Positions 1-10,787 of a stretch of 64,000 bases of DNA are shown here, piece by piece. The position numbers and the translations under genes were made by a program. Origin of the DNA: Oligoflexia bacterium (lineage in GTDB: Bacteria; Bdellovibrionota; UBA1018; CAIPTA01; JAALKR01); contig JAALKR010000001.1 of NCBI GenBank assembly GCA_011087955.1, forward strand, positions 38,449-102,448. Reading direction: 5' to 3'. How positions within the stretch are numbered: the stretch's first letter is position 1; each line of letters opens with the position of its first letter. The notes below the pieces were generated by a model. It had not been told where the DNA came from, searched no databases, and saw nothing but the letters and a program-made list of their open reading frames with translations.

Positions 1-226
1 CAAGCTGCGAAGAGTAAACTATCACTTTAGCTTTCGTCTCTGATGCCCTAACCGCATATTTTTGGGAAGAGACAAAGACAATCTCATTCGGCTCTGCTTC
101 TTCTAAATTAGCGTAACCACGAATAGCTAAGGTCGAATGTTTGTCAACCTTGGCTAACCCTTCATCTGAGAGATTGATGTAACTGGCAATTTCACCCAGC
201 GCAACATCACTTTGAACGACTGTCAT
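1..226 (-). CDS. lpxD: UDP-3-O-acylglucosamine N-acyltransferase, N-terminal part (runs off window)
   Basis: Manual translation MTVVQSDVALGEIASY...IRGYANLEEAEPNEIVFVSSQKY resembles the LpxD N-domain. ATG overlaps the skp 3' end; canonical bamA-skp-lpxD order. Confidence 0.8.
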   Translation of the reverse strand, partial: MTVVQSDVALGEIASYINLSDEGLAKVDKHSTLAIRGYANLEEAEPNEIVFVSSQKYAVRASETKAKVIVYSSQL

Positions 227-737
227 AAGCCTTGATTACTTCTTTTGTAATTTCATTTGCTTTCTTGAAATACAGGACAGAATTCTCATTCGAATCCAAC
301 ACCATTGCGTAACCGCGCTTTTCAGAAACTGTTGCAACAATCTTTCGTAGGCGGTCTAGAATTGGTCGTGATAAATTTTGATCCTGCTTCTGGAACTCGC
401 GTTGTGCCTTCATTCCTTCTTGCTGAAGTTGTGCCATTTGTGTACGAATGTCCATTTCTTTCTTATGGCGAGCCTTCTCATCCATCACTAACGATTGCTT
501 TTTGAACTCTTCCATGGCTTTTTGAATTTTGGCTTCCTTCGCCTTCAAGCTCTTTTGCGTCTTTTCCCACTTCTTTTTCAATGTATCACGGGCGCGCTTT
601 CCTTCCTTAACCGTTTGAATCGCTTCTTGCATGTTGAAAACGGCGACCTTGAAGTTCGCTCGAGCATAGCTGTCCACACTAAGGACAGACAGAAAAACTA
701 CTAATAAATAAATCGAAATTAAGGCCAAATGCTTCAA
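207..737 (-). CDS. skp: OmpH/Skp periplasmic chaperone
   Basis: Signal peptide, KVAVFNMQEA N-motif, coiled coil, GYAMVLD...EITKEVIKAYD C-terminus; synteny. Confidence 0.9.
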   Translation of the reverse strand: MKHLALISIYLLVVFLSVLSVDSYARANFKVAVFNMQEAIQTVKEGKRARDTLKKKWEKTQKSLKAKEAKIQKAMEEFKKQSLVMDEKARHKKEMDIRTQMAQLQQEGMKAQREFQKQDQNLSRPILDRLRKIVATVSEKRGYAMVLDSNENSVLYFKKANEITKEVIKAYDSRSK

Positions 738-814
738 AATTTAAATCCTTTCCCTTGGTAAATAATCCTCTTCGCATTACAATACGCCGACTCACTATAG
801 TCTATGGAGGAAAA

Positions 815-1738
815 ATGAGCAAATTGCATGCTGTGTTGCTCGTAACTACTTTCACGCTATATTGCTGGACTATCCCGGTCGTTGCAAAGGAAGGCGGATC
901 GCAGTCACTGAGCAACTCTATCGACGAGGCCAATAGTCTACTGACTGGTGCAGGTTTCTTCTCCCCATACCCCAAAGGATTTCCTGCTGACCCAGATCAA
1001 CCGCTGGGCTCTAGATGGTTGCCCCCTGGGCGCCCGTTTCCCTCAATCCCTGTCGATATGCGGGACTTAAAAATTAGCCTCCGAAAGACAAATCGCTCCG
1101 AAATTGAAGCCGATGTCGGTGGCCATCGTTCTGTCTATGGTTGGAAAGGAAACCTATTGGGACACGATATAATTTTGCATGTCGGCCTCGAGGGCAACGC
1201 CTATTTTACAATGCGTAAAGAAGGCTTGCGTTTTCCCCTACAATCGAGCGACGGGCTCTTCGGGGCTTATATTGAGGCTGCACGAAATAGCTGGTTCTTT
1301 CAATTACGTTACACGCATATCTCAGCCCACTTAAGCGACGGCGCTCCCGACATCCCAACAGCTATCCGTTATAGCCGCGAATATATTTTGCTTCGTGTAG
1401 CCAAACAATGGGGCTGGGCTCGACCTTATCTTGCTTTGCGCTATCTCACGAATACGACTCCCGATGATTTAAACGATTTTGGTATGCAAGTTGGGTTCTA
1501 TGCAATTACGCCAATTCAGTTTGGACTCTTTCGCCCATATTTTGGTGTGGACTTTCGCCATTCCGGAGGACAGGAAGGGACAACAACAAACTATGGAACA
1601 GGCCTTGCGCTCACTTCAGAAATGGAGGCACCATTAATTCGATTCTCGATTAACTATATGACTGGAAATGATTTACGCGGGCAGTTCTTCAACACTAAAA
1701 TCAAAAAATGGTATGGCGGGCTTGAATTAGATTTCTAG
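815..1738 (+). CDS. DUF1207-like outer-membrane beta-barrel protein
   Basis: GGAGG RBS before ATG 815, signal peptide, RYTHISAHLSDG motif, amphipathic strands, terminal Phe (GLELDF). Confidence 0.6.
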   Translation: MSKLHAVLLVTTFTLYCWTIPVVAKEGGSQSLSNSIDEANSLLTGAGFFSPYPKGFPADPDQPLGSRWLPPGRPFPSIPVDMRDLKISLRKTNRSEIEADVGGHRSVYGWKGNLLGHDIILHVGLEGNAYFTMRKEGLRFPLQSSDGLFGAYIEAARNSWFFQLRYTHISAHLSDGAPDIPTAIRYSREYILLRVAKQWGWARPYLALRYLTNTTPDDLNDFGMQVGFYAITPIQFGLFRPYFGVDFRHSGGQEGTTTNYGTGLALTSEMEAPLIRFSINYMTGNDLRGQFFNTKIKKWYGGLELDF

Positions 1739-1760
1739 CCCTTATAGATCAACTAACCCT

Positions 1761-4151
1761 CTAGAACGGAGGACCGATCATGAATTCAAAGTTAGAATCT
1801 CTCACACCACCTGCTGGGCTGATTGGATAGCCCCACTCAAAGCGTAGTGGGCCGAATGGAGAGAACCAGCGCACGCCCAAGCCATAACTTTGGTGTAAAC
1901 GGAAATGATCGACTTTACCGTCGATAAATGCCTCACCTACATCATAGAAGGCCACAAGTTTAAGTCCTACTTCTTTAACAATTGGATACTCGAACTCAAG
2001 AATATAGAGAATTTTATTCAAACCCCCATGCACTTCCGTTACAAGAACATTATCATCTGGGTCTGGCGTCGACCGCTCCGGACCAACGGAGAATGCTCGA
2101 TAGCCTTTCAAAGAGTTTGGACCGCCTAAGAAGAAACGCTCCGCCGACTGCACACCTTCACCATCATAGTCAAAGATATTTCCAGCCTCGACTTTAGTTC
2201 GCAGGACAAGGTCACCAATCAGGCTATAGTAATAACGGAAATCCACAATCGCGCGCAAAAACCTACGGTTGCCACCAAGGCCTGCGAATTCCAGCTTACG
2301 GGAGAAATACCAACCTGCACTTGGCTCCATGCGGTTATTTCGACGATCAGTCAGAAGCGTTGACGTGACTGAAGAAGAAACACCGTTCTCATGATTTACC
2401 ACAGAGTCTTTTTTAAAGAATAGGTCTCTAATTTCCTCGTGGTGAAATTCTTGTAACTTGTACGCGAAGAATAGCCGCGTATAATCCCAGATCGGATAGC
2501 CCACACGCAACTCAAAGCCTTTTCTGTATTGCTGGAATCGTCCTGGATATGGCGTCGACGTCCAGAAGATGTCCCCACCGGCAGACCATCTCGTATCAAA
2601 AGCATACGGATCGGTGAAGCCTAACGTAAAGGAGCGCGTGCGTTTATCGGCAGAAAACTGACCCGTGAGACGCAAATCCTGGCCCATGCCTCGGAAGTTA
2701 GTTTCTGCTACTTGCGTAGTGAAAAAGAACTTAGACGCCGTACCATAACCAGCACCAAGCTGGAACTGACCAGTCGGACGTTCCTTCAAACTGATTTCCA
2801 CATCCATTAAGTCCGGACGGCCCGCTACTGCATTTGTCACAAACTCTACTGAGCTTGGCTCAAAGAAACCGAGGCGCTCTACGTTCTCTTTTGAGATCCG
2901 CATGCCTATACCGCTATAGAGCTCGCCTTCCTTAATACGTAATTCACGACGAATAACTTTATCCCGTGTCTTAGTATTACCCTTAACCGTAATGCGATTG
3001 TAATGAACAAGGGAACCCTTCTGAAATTCATAGGTTGTATCTACAATTTTTTGCTCGTCATCAATTTCCATTTGTGGAATGACGTTGACGTTAGCATAGC
3101 CTAGATCTTGATATTTTTCCGTCAGAGCAATGACGTCTTGATTCCGTTTAAGGATTACAAAGGAATCGCCGACCTTCAACTGTAACATCGAACTCAACTC
3201 TTCTTTTGGAAAGAGTAAGTCGCCACCGAAATCGATGTCACCCATGAAGTACTTATCACCTTCATAGACACGAATCGTAATATAAACCCAACGTTTGTCT
3301 TCGGAGACCGTTACGATTGGTGGATCATGGCGAAATCGAACATAACCTTCATTCAAATACCAATATTGCAGAAGCTGCATATCGGTCTTGAAATCAAGCT
3401 CTTTGAAATTACCGCCGTTAGAAAGCCAAGAAAAGAAGCTATACTCAGATGTCCCGCGTAGGAGGCGTTTTAATTGCGAATCCGAGAAAACTGAATTACC
3501 CAAAAAAGTAATTCGTTTTACGCGAACCTTATCAAATTCTTTAATCTTAAATGATAGATCAACAGAGTCTTTTGCCTTTGGGTCTTTACGTACTTCATGC
3601 GTCACCTTAGCGAGGTAATAACCCTTATCCTCATAAAATTTTGTTAGCTTTCGAACAGACTCACGAACCAGATTCTCGTCATACAAACTATACGCTTTAA
3701 TCGAGAGAACGTCTTTCAAATCTTCTGTATCAATTTCGTCGTTTCCTGTGAAAAGAATGCGTGCGATCAATGGACGCTCTTTGACCGTATAACGCAGAGT
3801 GCTTTTCGTGAAATCTACAGAGATAGAATCAAAATATCCCAAACTATGCAGGTCTTTAATGTCTTGCTTAACTGCTTTTTTAGAGAGCGGCTGACCAGTT
3901 TTTGAAGAAATTTTCTCTAGGATCGCTTGGTTTTCAATTTTACGGTTGCCTTCAACTCGAATACGTTCGATCACCGCCGCAAAGGCTTCCGGCCCAAAAC
4001 TCACTAAACTAAAAAGAAAAACCAAAAAAATGGCGAAGACGGCTAAGAGTTTTGACGCAAATGCAGAATTAATAAATGCATGCCCGACAGATGCACGCCT
4101 AACATGCACGTCTAGCTGTTCTTGAACTCTTCTGGTGCTTGCATTCCGCAA
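1761..4151 (-). CDS. bamA: Outer-membrane protein assembly factor BamA
   Basis: POTRA repeats (GNRKIE, GNTKTRDKVIRREL), ERFFLGGPNSLKGY, WFSPFGPLRFEWG, terminal F; true start may lie downstream. Confidence 0.95.
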   Translation of the reverse strand: MRNASTRRVQEQLDVHVRRASVGHAFINSAFASKLLAVFAIFLVFLFSLVSFGPEAFAAVIERIRVEGNRKIENQAILEKISSKTGQPLSKKAVKQDIKDLHSLGYFDSISVDFTKSTLRYTVKERPLIARILFTGNDEIDTEDLKDVLSIKAYSLYDENLVRESVRKLTKFYEDKGYYLAKVTHEVRKDPKAKDSVDLSFKIKEFDKVRVKRITFLGNSVFSDSQLKRLLRGTSEYSFFSWLSNGGNFKELDFKTDMQLLQYWYLNEGYVRFRHDPPIVTVSEDKRWVYITIRVYEGDKYFMGDIDFGGDLLFPKEELSSMLQLKVGDSFVILKRNQDVIALTEKYQDLGYANVNVIPQMEIDDEQKIVDTTYEFQKGSLVHYNRITVKGNTKTRDKVIRRELRIKEGELYSGIGMRISKENVERLGFFEPSSVEFVTNAVAGRPDLMDVEISLKERPTGQFQLGAGYGTASKFFFTTQVAETNFRGMGQDLRLTGQFSADKRTRSFTLGFTDPYAFDTRWSAGGDIFWTSTPYPGRFQQYRKGFELRVGYPIWDYTRLFFAYKLQEFHHEEIRDLFFKKDSVVNHENGVSSSVTSTLLTDRRNNRMEPSAGWYFSRKLEFAGLGGNRRFLRAIVDFRYYYSLIGDLVLRTKVEAGNIFDYDGEGVQSAERFFLGGPNSLKGYRAFSVGPERSTPDPDDNVLVTEVHGGLNKILYILEFEYPIVKEVGLKLVAFYDVGEAFIDGKVDHFRLHQSYGLGVRWFSPFGPLRFEWGYPISPAGGVRDSNFEFMIGPPF

Positions 4152-4267
4152 ATTTCTGCTCTGCTCTCCCTCCGACCCTATCCGCCGGCAAACCTAGAAA
4201 AAAGGCCGTATTTTCGTACCCATGCAGGAAGGAGAAGTCAATTCAAAAGGGAGATTAATGCGTCGAG

Positions 4268-4966
4268 TTATTTCGAAACAATCCGGCCGTCCCGCATTAC
4301 AATTTTACGAGGGAAGTCATCGGCGACTTCATGATCATGTGTAACAAGCGCTAATGTAACACCACGCGACTCGTTAAGATCTATGAGGATTTTTTTCACG
4401 CGACTAGCGTTTTCCGAGTCTAAATTTCCCATCGGCTCGTCGGCCAAAACAAGCTTGGGATTCATGATTAATGCTCGAGCCACAGCCACGCGCTGCTGTT
4501 CGCCTCCAGAGAGCTCCCCGGGGCGGTGATCCATTCGATGAGCAAGATCAACCTCATCAAGTAAGTCCTTAGCCATCGTCTCATAACGCTCCTTCGGTTC
4601 GCCTGAAACTAGGGCCGGCATTAAAACGTTTTCCAATGCAGTAAACTCTTGAAGTAAATAATGAAATTGAAAAATAAAACCTAATGATTCATTGCGAAAT
4701 CTTGCCAACCGGGCTGCTGAATAGCTGCGTACGTCTTCACCGTTATAAATTAATTTACCACCTGTAGCAGGCTCCAGTGTGCCTAACACATGGAGCAAAG
4801 TTGACTTCCCCACGCCCGACTGGCCGAGGATTGCGCACATTTCGCCCTGCTTCAGCTCCATATTAATGCCACGTAAGACTTCCGTCTTACGACCATTTTT
4901 AACGAATGTTTTTTCCACGCCTTTGCAGCTTAAAAACACGTCATTCATAACGAGTCCTTCACTCAT
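4268..4966 (-). CDS. lolD: Lipoprotein-releasing ABC transporter ATPase
   Basis: GQSGVGKST, LSGGEQQRVAVARAL, LADEP; follows lolC/E. Confidence 0.9.
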   Translation of the reverse strand: MSEGLVMNDVFLSCKGVEKTFVKNGRKTEVLRGINMELKQGEMCAILGQSGVGKSTLLHVLGTLEPATGGKLIYNGEDVRSYSAARLARFRNESLGFIFQFHYLLQEFTALENVLMPALVSGEPKERYETMAKDLLDEVDLAHRMDHRPGELSGGEQQRVAVARALIMNPKLVLADEPMGNLDSENASRVKKILIDLNESRGVTLALVTHDHEVADDFPRKIVMRDGRIVSK

Positions 4967-6212
4967 AGCGCAACCCTTCTATCGGCGATTCTACTCGAAC
5001 TCGCCAAGATGGGTAAAGCGTTGCTAGTAAAGAAACCGAAAAGGCGGAAAGCATTACGATTACAAGCGTCGAAAACTGCATGTCAATCGGTAGATACGAA
5101 ATAAAATAAATATCCGCCGGTAACTCAATCAATTTCGTATTAGCGATAACCTGACAGATTGCAATTCCTAGCGCCACGCCAAAGACAGCGCCCGCCCCGC
5201 CTATGAGAGAGCCAATAATGACAAAAACTTTCGCAGAGTCGTTAGGTGCTAGCCCCATTGACTTAAGAATCGACATGTCTTTTTTCTTTTCATCCATCAT
5301 AATTACAAGTGTACTCATGATATTGAAAGCCGCGACAATAATGATAGAAATAAGAACAATAAAAATAACGATTTTTTGTAATTTAATTGCGTAGAGCAGA
5401 TTACGGTTTAACTCCGTCCAGTCGCGCGCCACGTAGGGAAACCCAAAATCTGGGTCCCGGTTTAAGCGACGAACCAATTCGAAGGAGCGTCTGACATCAT
5501 TTGTCTTAATTCGCAAGGCAGAAGCTGACTTCTTCGGCAACCGAAAGAACCTTCGTGCCTCCCCCGCTTCAACCAGTGAATATTTGGAGTCGTATTCATA
5601 CATCCCCGTCGATAAAATACCAGAAACGCGAAAGTGCTGAGACCGCGGCCGCATAGTTCCTTTATCAAAATAGGGTGAGATAACTGAGATAACGGAACCA
5701 ATCCCTGCTGCTAGCTCCTCAGCGACAACAGACCCCAGTACAATAGTAGCCATTTTCTGGTCATCATCACCTTCTTCAAAAATACCCGCTTTAGGTATTT
5801 CACCTTTAGAAATTTGTCTGATGATATCCGTAGTGCGTGCAATTCCTGCGGCCTCAACCCCCTCCAGCACGGATCCAACTACTCTACCCTTGTGTGCAAG
5901 CATTACTTCCGAAAAAACGAATGAGGAGACGGAGTCAACTTGTTCGTCAAACTTTTCCTGAAGCCGCTCCATCATCTGGTGTCGATTGAGAATAATATTC
6001 TTCGTCGAGTAGAGCGTAATATGCGAACGCGTACCCGTAATGAGTGAACGTAATTTTGTCTCAAAACCTTCCATCACGGCCATCACAACAAGCAAAGCCG
6101 CTACACCAACAGCTACACCAAAAAGCGAGATGCTCGAAATAAAGGATAGAAATGAATTATGCTTTCGAGCGGTCAGGAAGCGGCGCGCAAGCACTGAGAC
6201 TACAGGTTTCAT
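4959..6212 (-). CDS. lolC: Lipoprotein-releasing ABC transporter permease LolC/E
   Basis: FLSFISSISLFGVAVGVAALLVVMAVMEGF, TGMYEYDS, AAFNIMSTL, ATLYPSWR. Confidence 0.9.
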   Translation of the reverse strand: MKPVVSVLARRFLTARKHNSFLSFISSISLFGVAVGVAALLVVMAVMEGFETKLRSLITGTRSHITLYSTKNIILNRHQMMERLQEKFDEQVDSVSSFVFSEVMLAHKGRVVGSVLEGVEAAGIARTTDIIRQISKGEIPKAGIFEEGDDDQKMATIVLGSVVAEELAAGIGSVISVISPYFDKGTMRPRSQHFRVSGILSTGMYEYDSKYSLVEAGEARRFFRLPKKSASALRIKTNDVRRSFELVRRLNRDPDFGFPYVARDWTELNRNLLYAIKLQKIVIFIVLISIIIVAAFNIMSTLVIMMDEKKKDMSILKSMGLAPNDSAKVFVIIGSLIGGAGAVFGVALGIAICQVIANTKLIELPADIYFISYLPIDMQFSTLVIVMLSAFSVSLLATLYPSWRVRVESPIEGLRYE

Positions 6213-6251
6213 CTAGGACATCATAACAGAGTCGGGTTCAACGACAAGAAA

Positions 6252-7757
6252 CTAAGCCTCCGGGCGCATATGCGGGAATAATATCACGTCACGGATTGAG
6301 CTCTGATTCGTAAGCAACATCACAAGACGATCAATTCCGATTCCCTCACCCGCGGTTGGCGGCATACCGTATTCCAAGGCACGCACATAATCCTCATCCA
6401 CATCGCAAGCCTCTTCATCACCGGCGGCTTTGGCAGCTGCTTGCACTTCGAAGCGCTCTTTCTGATCGATTGGATCATTGAGCTCGGAAAAACCATTAGC
6501 GATTTCGCGTCCATAAACAAAGAGTTCAAAGCGATCCACACGCGACGGATCCTCATCATTGGCACGGGAAAGGAAGGAGATCTCCTTCGGATAATCAATG
6601 ATGAAAGTCGGATCGATTAAAGACTTCTCTGCCTGCTCCTCGAAAAGAAGTTCGAGCATATGTCCACGGGACATTTTCGAGTCTAAACCCTGTACGCCGC
6701 AGGCATATAAAGCTCTGCGCACGCCATCGGCCGTCGATAAAGCTTCTTCCGTGACAAGTGCTTTATCGAGGTTGCCATATTTAGCAATCGCCGCAGCCAT
6801 GGAAATTCGCTCAAACGGCTTTTTAAAATCGATCTCCGCTTCTTCATAGGTGATCTTCGTCAAGCCCACAACTTCTTTGGCAACCCCACGGAACAATTCC
6901 TCCGTCAGATCCATGAGCTCTTCATAGGTTGCATAGGCCTCATAAAATTCAAGCATAGTAAATTCTGGATTATGGCGAATCGAGATACCTTCATTACGAA
7001 AATTTCGATTAATTTCAAAAACGCGCTCAATGCCACCAACAACTAAACGCTTGAGGTAAAGTTCTGGCGCAACTCTTAGAAACAACTCCATATCAAGCGT
7101 ATTATGATGGGTTTTAAACGGCCGAGCCGCAGCACCCCCAGCAATTGGATGCATCATCGGCGTTTCAACTTCGAGATAATCGCGTTTATAAAAGAAATTA
7201 CGAATATATTGCGTCACCTTCGAACGGGTTTCGAAAACCTTGCGGGAGTCCTCATTCATAATGAGGTCCACATAGCGCATGCGGTACTTTTGTTCCACAT
7301 CCGTTAGACCATGAAATTTTTCTGGTAGTGGGCGCAAACTCTTAGTGAGCAGCTCTACCTTTTCCGCACTAACCGTCAGCTCATCCGTCTTCGTGCGAAA
7401 GAGGCCGCCCTCCATATAGAGTATATCGCCCACATCAAAAGTTTTAAATACCTTGAACACGTCCTGTCCAACTTTATCTCGTGCCACATAGGCTTGTATG
7501 CTGCCAGTGCGATCTTTCAACGTAACAAACGTAGCTTTGCCAAAATGACGAAATGCCATGACGCGGCCACCGATCGACACTTTATCATCGATTTTTTCCA
7601 ACTCTTCCCGCGACTTATCATTCCACTCATCACGGATTACCTGTGCCGTATGCGACGGTTTAAGGCCATTCCGATAGGGATTGATGCCCTTCTCTCGAAG
7701 CTGCATCAACTTCTCTCTGCGTGTCTTTTCTTCATCTGATAACTGAGAGTTCATCAT
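6252..7757 (-). CDS. lysS: Lysine--tRNA ligase (class II)
   Basis: [42 protein letters not shown]; start placed at ATG 7757 after GGGA. Confidence 0.97.
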   Translation of the reverse strand: MMNSQLSDEEKTRREKLMQLREKGINPYRNGLKPSHTAQVIRDEWNDKSREELEKIDDKVSIGGRVMAFRHFGKATFVTLKDRTGSIQAYVARDKVGQDVFKVFKTFDVGDILYMEGGLFRTKTDELTVSAEKVELLTKSLRPLPEKFHGLTDVEQKYRMRYVDLIMNEDSRKVFETRSKVTQYIRNFFYKRDYLEVETPMMHPIAGGAAARPFKTHHNTLDMELFLRVAPELYLKRLVVGGIERVFEINRNFRNEGISIRHNPEFTMLEFYEAYATYEELMDLTEELFRGVAKEVVGLTKITYEEAEIDFKKPFERISMAAAIAKYGNLDKALVTEEALSTADGVRRALYACGVQGLDSKMSRGHMLELLFEEQAEKSLIDPTFIIDYPKEISFLSRANDEDPSRVDRFELFVYGREIANGFSELNDPIDQKERFEVQAAAKAAGDEEACDVDEDYVRALEYGMPPTAGEGIGIDRLVMLLTNQSSIRDVILFPHMRPEA

Positions 7758-9225
7758 TATCCCTATTAGGTTTTTGCGGCGGCGGCATCTGATCGGCCGA
7801 AACATCCGGGCGCTCTTCAGTGATGCGTGCTTCTTGGGTGCGTAAATATTCGTATGTATAGATGCCTGTTGAATGGTTATCGGACCAAACTAGATTCACA
7901 CCGTAGCGTCCGACTGGAAGCGCTTTATCGATATACACATCTTCCACAACATCTTCCCATTTCAGGGTGCGCTTGCCGGTAAACTCATCCACACAAGAGG
8001 CGCATGGACATGCGAAACGAAGCTCACGACAGCCGTAAACATACTTCTTACCGTCGGACCAATAGATCGCTAGCGAATGTTTGCCCCCATTCTGGGGGTC
8101 ATGTGGAATACCTTCCACCGCAATCGGCGCAATCTCGGAATCCATGCCACCTTGTACTTCTAACACGTCTTCCAGCACATCGGCGGCAGCAAAATATGCT
8201 TTTGCCGAAGCAGACTCCGGTGCGGCAGAAACAATTGGATCTCCATCATCACCAGCTCGAACTAGGGCCACATCTAGTGGCACTTGCGCAAGCAGCTTCG
8301 TGCCTGATTTCTCCGATAGCCCTTTCGCGCCACCCTCACCAAAAATATTTGTCGTCGCACCACAGGCATCACAACCAAATCCAGACATAGTTTCAATAAT
8401 GCCAAGCACAGGCACACCCACATGTTGGAACATTAGCAGCCCTTTTTCAGCAATATTAAGCGCCACCTTTTGTGGAGTCGTTACGATTATAGCGCCTGCA
8501 ATACTCGTCTGCTGGGAAATGGTTAACTGGATATCACCCGTACCCGGTGGCAAGTCGACGATCAAATAATCGAGCGTGCCCCAATCGACACCAGATAGGA
8601 ATTGATTAATCATTTTCGTAGCGATCGGTGCACGCCAAACTGTTGGCTGATTTTTTTCAATTAACATTGCGACTGACATAACTTTCATGCCAAACATTTC
8701 AAACGGCATAAGTAAGTTTCCCTCGCGCATACGCACAGAGTCTGGGGCGCCAATTTCTCCGTTATGACCGGCGGCCAACATAGTAGGCACAGACGGACCA
8801 TAGATATCAGCATCGAGTAGCCCGACACGCTTACCCTTCTTTGCCAGCGCCAGCGCCAAATTCACTGAAGAGGTCGACTTACCGACACCGCCCTTACCCG
8901 AGCCCACGACAACAATATGTCGAATCTGCGAGGGGTTCACCTGCGCTTTATTTGTCTGTGGCTTTTCCTTGCGTGTGATATTTGGCATTACAGCCTTTAC
9001 ACCAGGTAATGATTTAACCGCACCAATGATCGCAGAGCGATATTCCTCCTCCGGCACATTTCTATCTTCCGGCAGGTATGCGGTAAACGTGATGTTCCCG
9101 AAACGCGACTGAATCTCACCAACCCAACCGAGTGAGACAATATCTTGCTTTGTTTGCGGGTCTTGAATGCGTTGAAGGGCTCCCAGAATATGGTCCACCG
9201 GGATTAGGTCTTGTTGTTGCGCCAT
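7732..9225 (-). CDS. mrp: Mrp/ApbC Fe-S carrier ATPase with N-terminal DUF59-like and C-terminal DUF971-like domains
   Basis: [31 protein letters not shown]-terminal CPCASC...[15 protein letters not shown]. Confidence 0.9.
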   Translation of the reverse strand: MAQQQDLIPVDHILGALQRIQDPQTKQDIVSLGWVGEIQSRFGNITFTAYLPEDRNVPEEEYRSAIIGAVKSLPGVKAVMPNITRKEKPQTNKAQVNPSQIRHIVVVGSGKGGVGKSTSSVNLALALAKKGKRVGLLDADIYGPSVPTMLAAGHNGEIGAPDSVRMREGNLLMPFEMFGMKVMSVAMLIEKNQPTVWRAPIATKMINQFLSGVDWGTLDYLIVDLPPGTGDIQLTISQQTSIAGAIIVTTPQKVALNIAEKGLLMFQHVGVPVLGIIETMSGFGCDACGATTNIFGEGGAKGLSEKSGTKLLAQVPLDVALVRAGDDGDPIVSAAPESASAKAYFAAADVLEDVLEVQGGMDSEIAPIAVEGIPHDPQNGGKHSLAIYWSDGKKYVYGCRELRFACPCASCVDEFTGKRTLKWEDVVEDVYIDKALPVGRYGVNLVWSDNHSTGIYTYEYLRTQEARITEERPDVSADQMPPPQKPNRDNDELSVIR

Positions 9226-9241
9226 GGGCTATGCTCCGTCG

Positions 9242-9281
9242 TGAATTTACTACTGAATTTATGAATTTACTACCGAACCTA
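9242..9281. repeat. Imperfect 20-bp direct repeat in the mrp/anmK divergent intergenic region
   Basis: TGAATTTACTACTGAATTTA followed by TGAATTTACTACCGAACCTA. Confidence 0.6.
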
Positions 9282-9400
9282 TCTAGGCCGGTCTTACCAA
9301 AAATCTGGGCCTCCGGCTATGCGAACCGCGGTTGATTTGCCGCAAAGGCTAGAAAAAGTGTCATTTTTTAGGGATACTTAGGTGAGAAAGTGAGTAGCGG

Positions 9401-10597
9401 ATGCCGAAAAGGCGATGTGCCATTGGCCTAATGAGTGGGACGAGCATGGACGGGGTCGACGCTGTTTTGGCGTCTTTCACGGCAAGACGAGATAAAACGC
9501 TTGTACATGTGCATAGACCCTACCCAAAAAAACTGAAGGAAAGACTATTGCGTCTCGTGGAGGTGCCACGGGTTGAACTAACGGAGCTTGGGGAGCTGAA
9601 TCTTGCCGTTGGGGAGTTCTTCGCCAAAGTGGCGAAGCTCTGCATGACTGAAGCCCTCCGTAAACGCAAATGTACCTCAAAAGAAATCATTGCGATTGGT
9701 TCCCACGGACAGACGGTCTGGCATGCGCCAGAGAAGGGTGTTACATGGCAACTTGGTAATCCGAATGTAATTGCCGCTCGCACGGGCCGCACCGTTGTTG
9801 CCAATTTCCGCACAGCAGATATGGTCCATGGTGGAGAGGGTGCGCCCTTTTTGCCTCTATACCATCATCGAATCCTCGGCAAAGATCCGAAAGGCAAAGC
9901 AATTCACAATCTCGGAGGTATTTCGAATTTTACTTATTTTGGTTCAAAAAATTTCTCCTTTGCCCTGGACACGGGGCCAGCGAGCTGTCTTTTGGATGTG
10001 GTGGTCGAAGACTTGACGAGAGGTAAGCAAAAATTTGATCGTAATGGCGCGATTGCGAAAAAAGGGACGGTGCAGGAGACGCTACTCAAGGAATGGATGA
10101 GTTATACACCGGTGCGTAGCTACTTGAGGCGAGGCATCCCGAAAAGCACGGGGCGTGAGCTCTTTAGTCCAGCACTTGCGCGGCATTTCTGGTCTCGTGG
10201 TAGGCGCGGTCGTTATTCGGCAAATGATATTGTAGCAACGATGACAGCACTTACGGTGCGCACCTCGGTAGATGCCTACAAACGTTTTGTCTTGAAGAAA
10301 AAAGCCCCGCTTAAAGAAATTTTATTTGCAGGAGGGGGTGCAAATAACCCTGTAATATTAGAGTCTTTTAGAGCAGCTTTACCAAAGACCAAAATACGAT
10401 CGGTAGAAGAGCTAGGGATTGGTCCGCAATGCCTGGAGGCGCAAGCATTTGCCTTCTACGCCCTTCGCACACTTCAGGGTGATCCATCGAACCTCCGTTC
10501 GGCCACAGGCGCAAAGCAGGAGGTGCCTTGCGGTGCTATCTACCCAGGAACAAACTATAAGGAGATACTCCACCAAGTGAAACGCTTAACCAAATAG
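9401..10597 (+). CDS. anmK: Anhydro-N-acetylmuramic acid kinase
   Basis: GLMSGTSMDGVD, GSHGQT, GGEGAP, NLGGISN, DTGP, PKSTGRE, GGGANN, EAQAFA. Confidence 0.95.
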   Translation: MPKRRCAIGLMSGTSMDGVDAVLASFTARRDKTLVHVHRPYPKKLKERLLRLVEVPRVELTELGELNLAVGEFFAKVAKLCMTEALRKRKCTSKEIIAIGSHGQTVWHAPEKGVTWQLGNPNVIAARTGRTVVANFRTADMVHGGEGAPFLPLYHHRILGKDPKGKAIHNLGGISNFTYFGSKNFSFALDTGPASCLLDVVVEDLTRGKQKFDRNGAIAKKGTVQETLLKEWMSYTPVRSYLRRGIPKSTGRELFSPALARHFWSRGRRGRYSANDIVATMTALTVRTSVDAYKRFVLKKKAPLKEILFAGGGANNPVILESFRAALPKTKIRSVEELGIGPQCLEAQAFAFYALRTLQGDPSNLRSATGAKQEVPCGAIYPGTNYKEILHQVKRLTK

Positions 10598-10751
10598 CTG
10601 TATCAAAAAGTGTACAGTACAGCGGGTGAACGTTTCACATTTGCCATATTGCACGTTCGGAAAATTTCCCTTATCACTAGAGGTAGAGTCTATCTAATTG
10701 AAATCTAACTCGAATAAATTTTTGGGCTAGATACACATTGCTGTTTTTTGC

Positions 10752-10767
10752 TGGCATGGGTTTTGCG
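10752..10767 (+). promoter_or_regulatory. Sigma-54 promoter (-24/-12) upstream of lpxC
   Basis: TGGCATGGGTTTTGCG; GG-N10-GC spacing, close to consensus TGGCAC-N5-TTGC. Confidence 0.7.
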
Positions 10768-10787
10768 AAGTGGACGTTAGGATGTGC

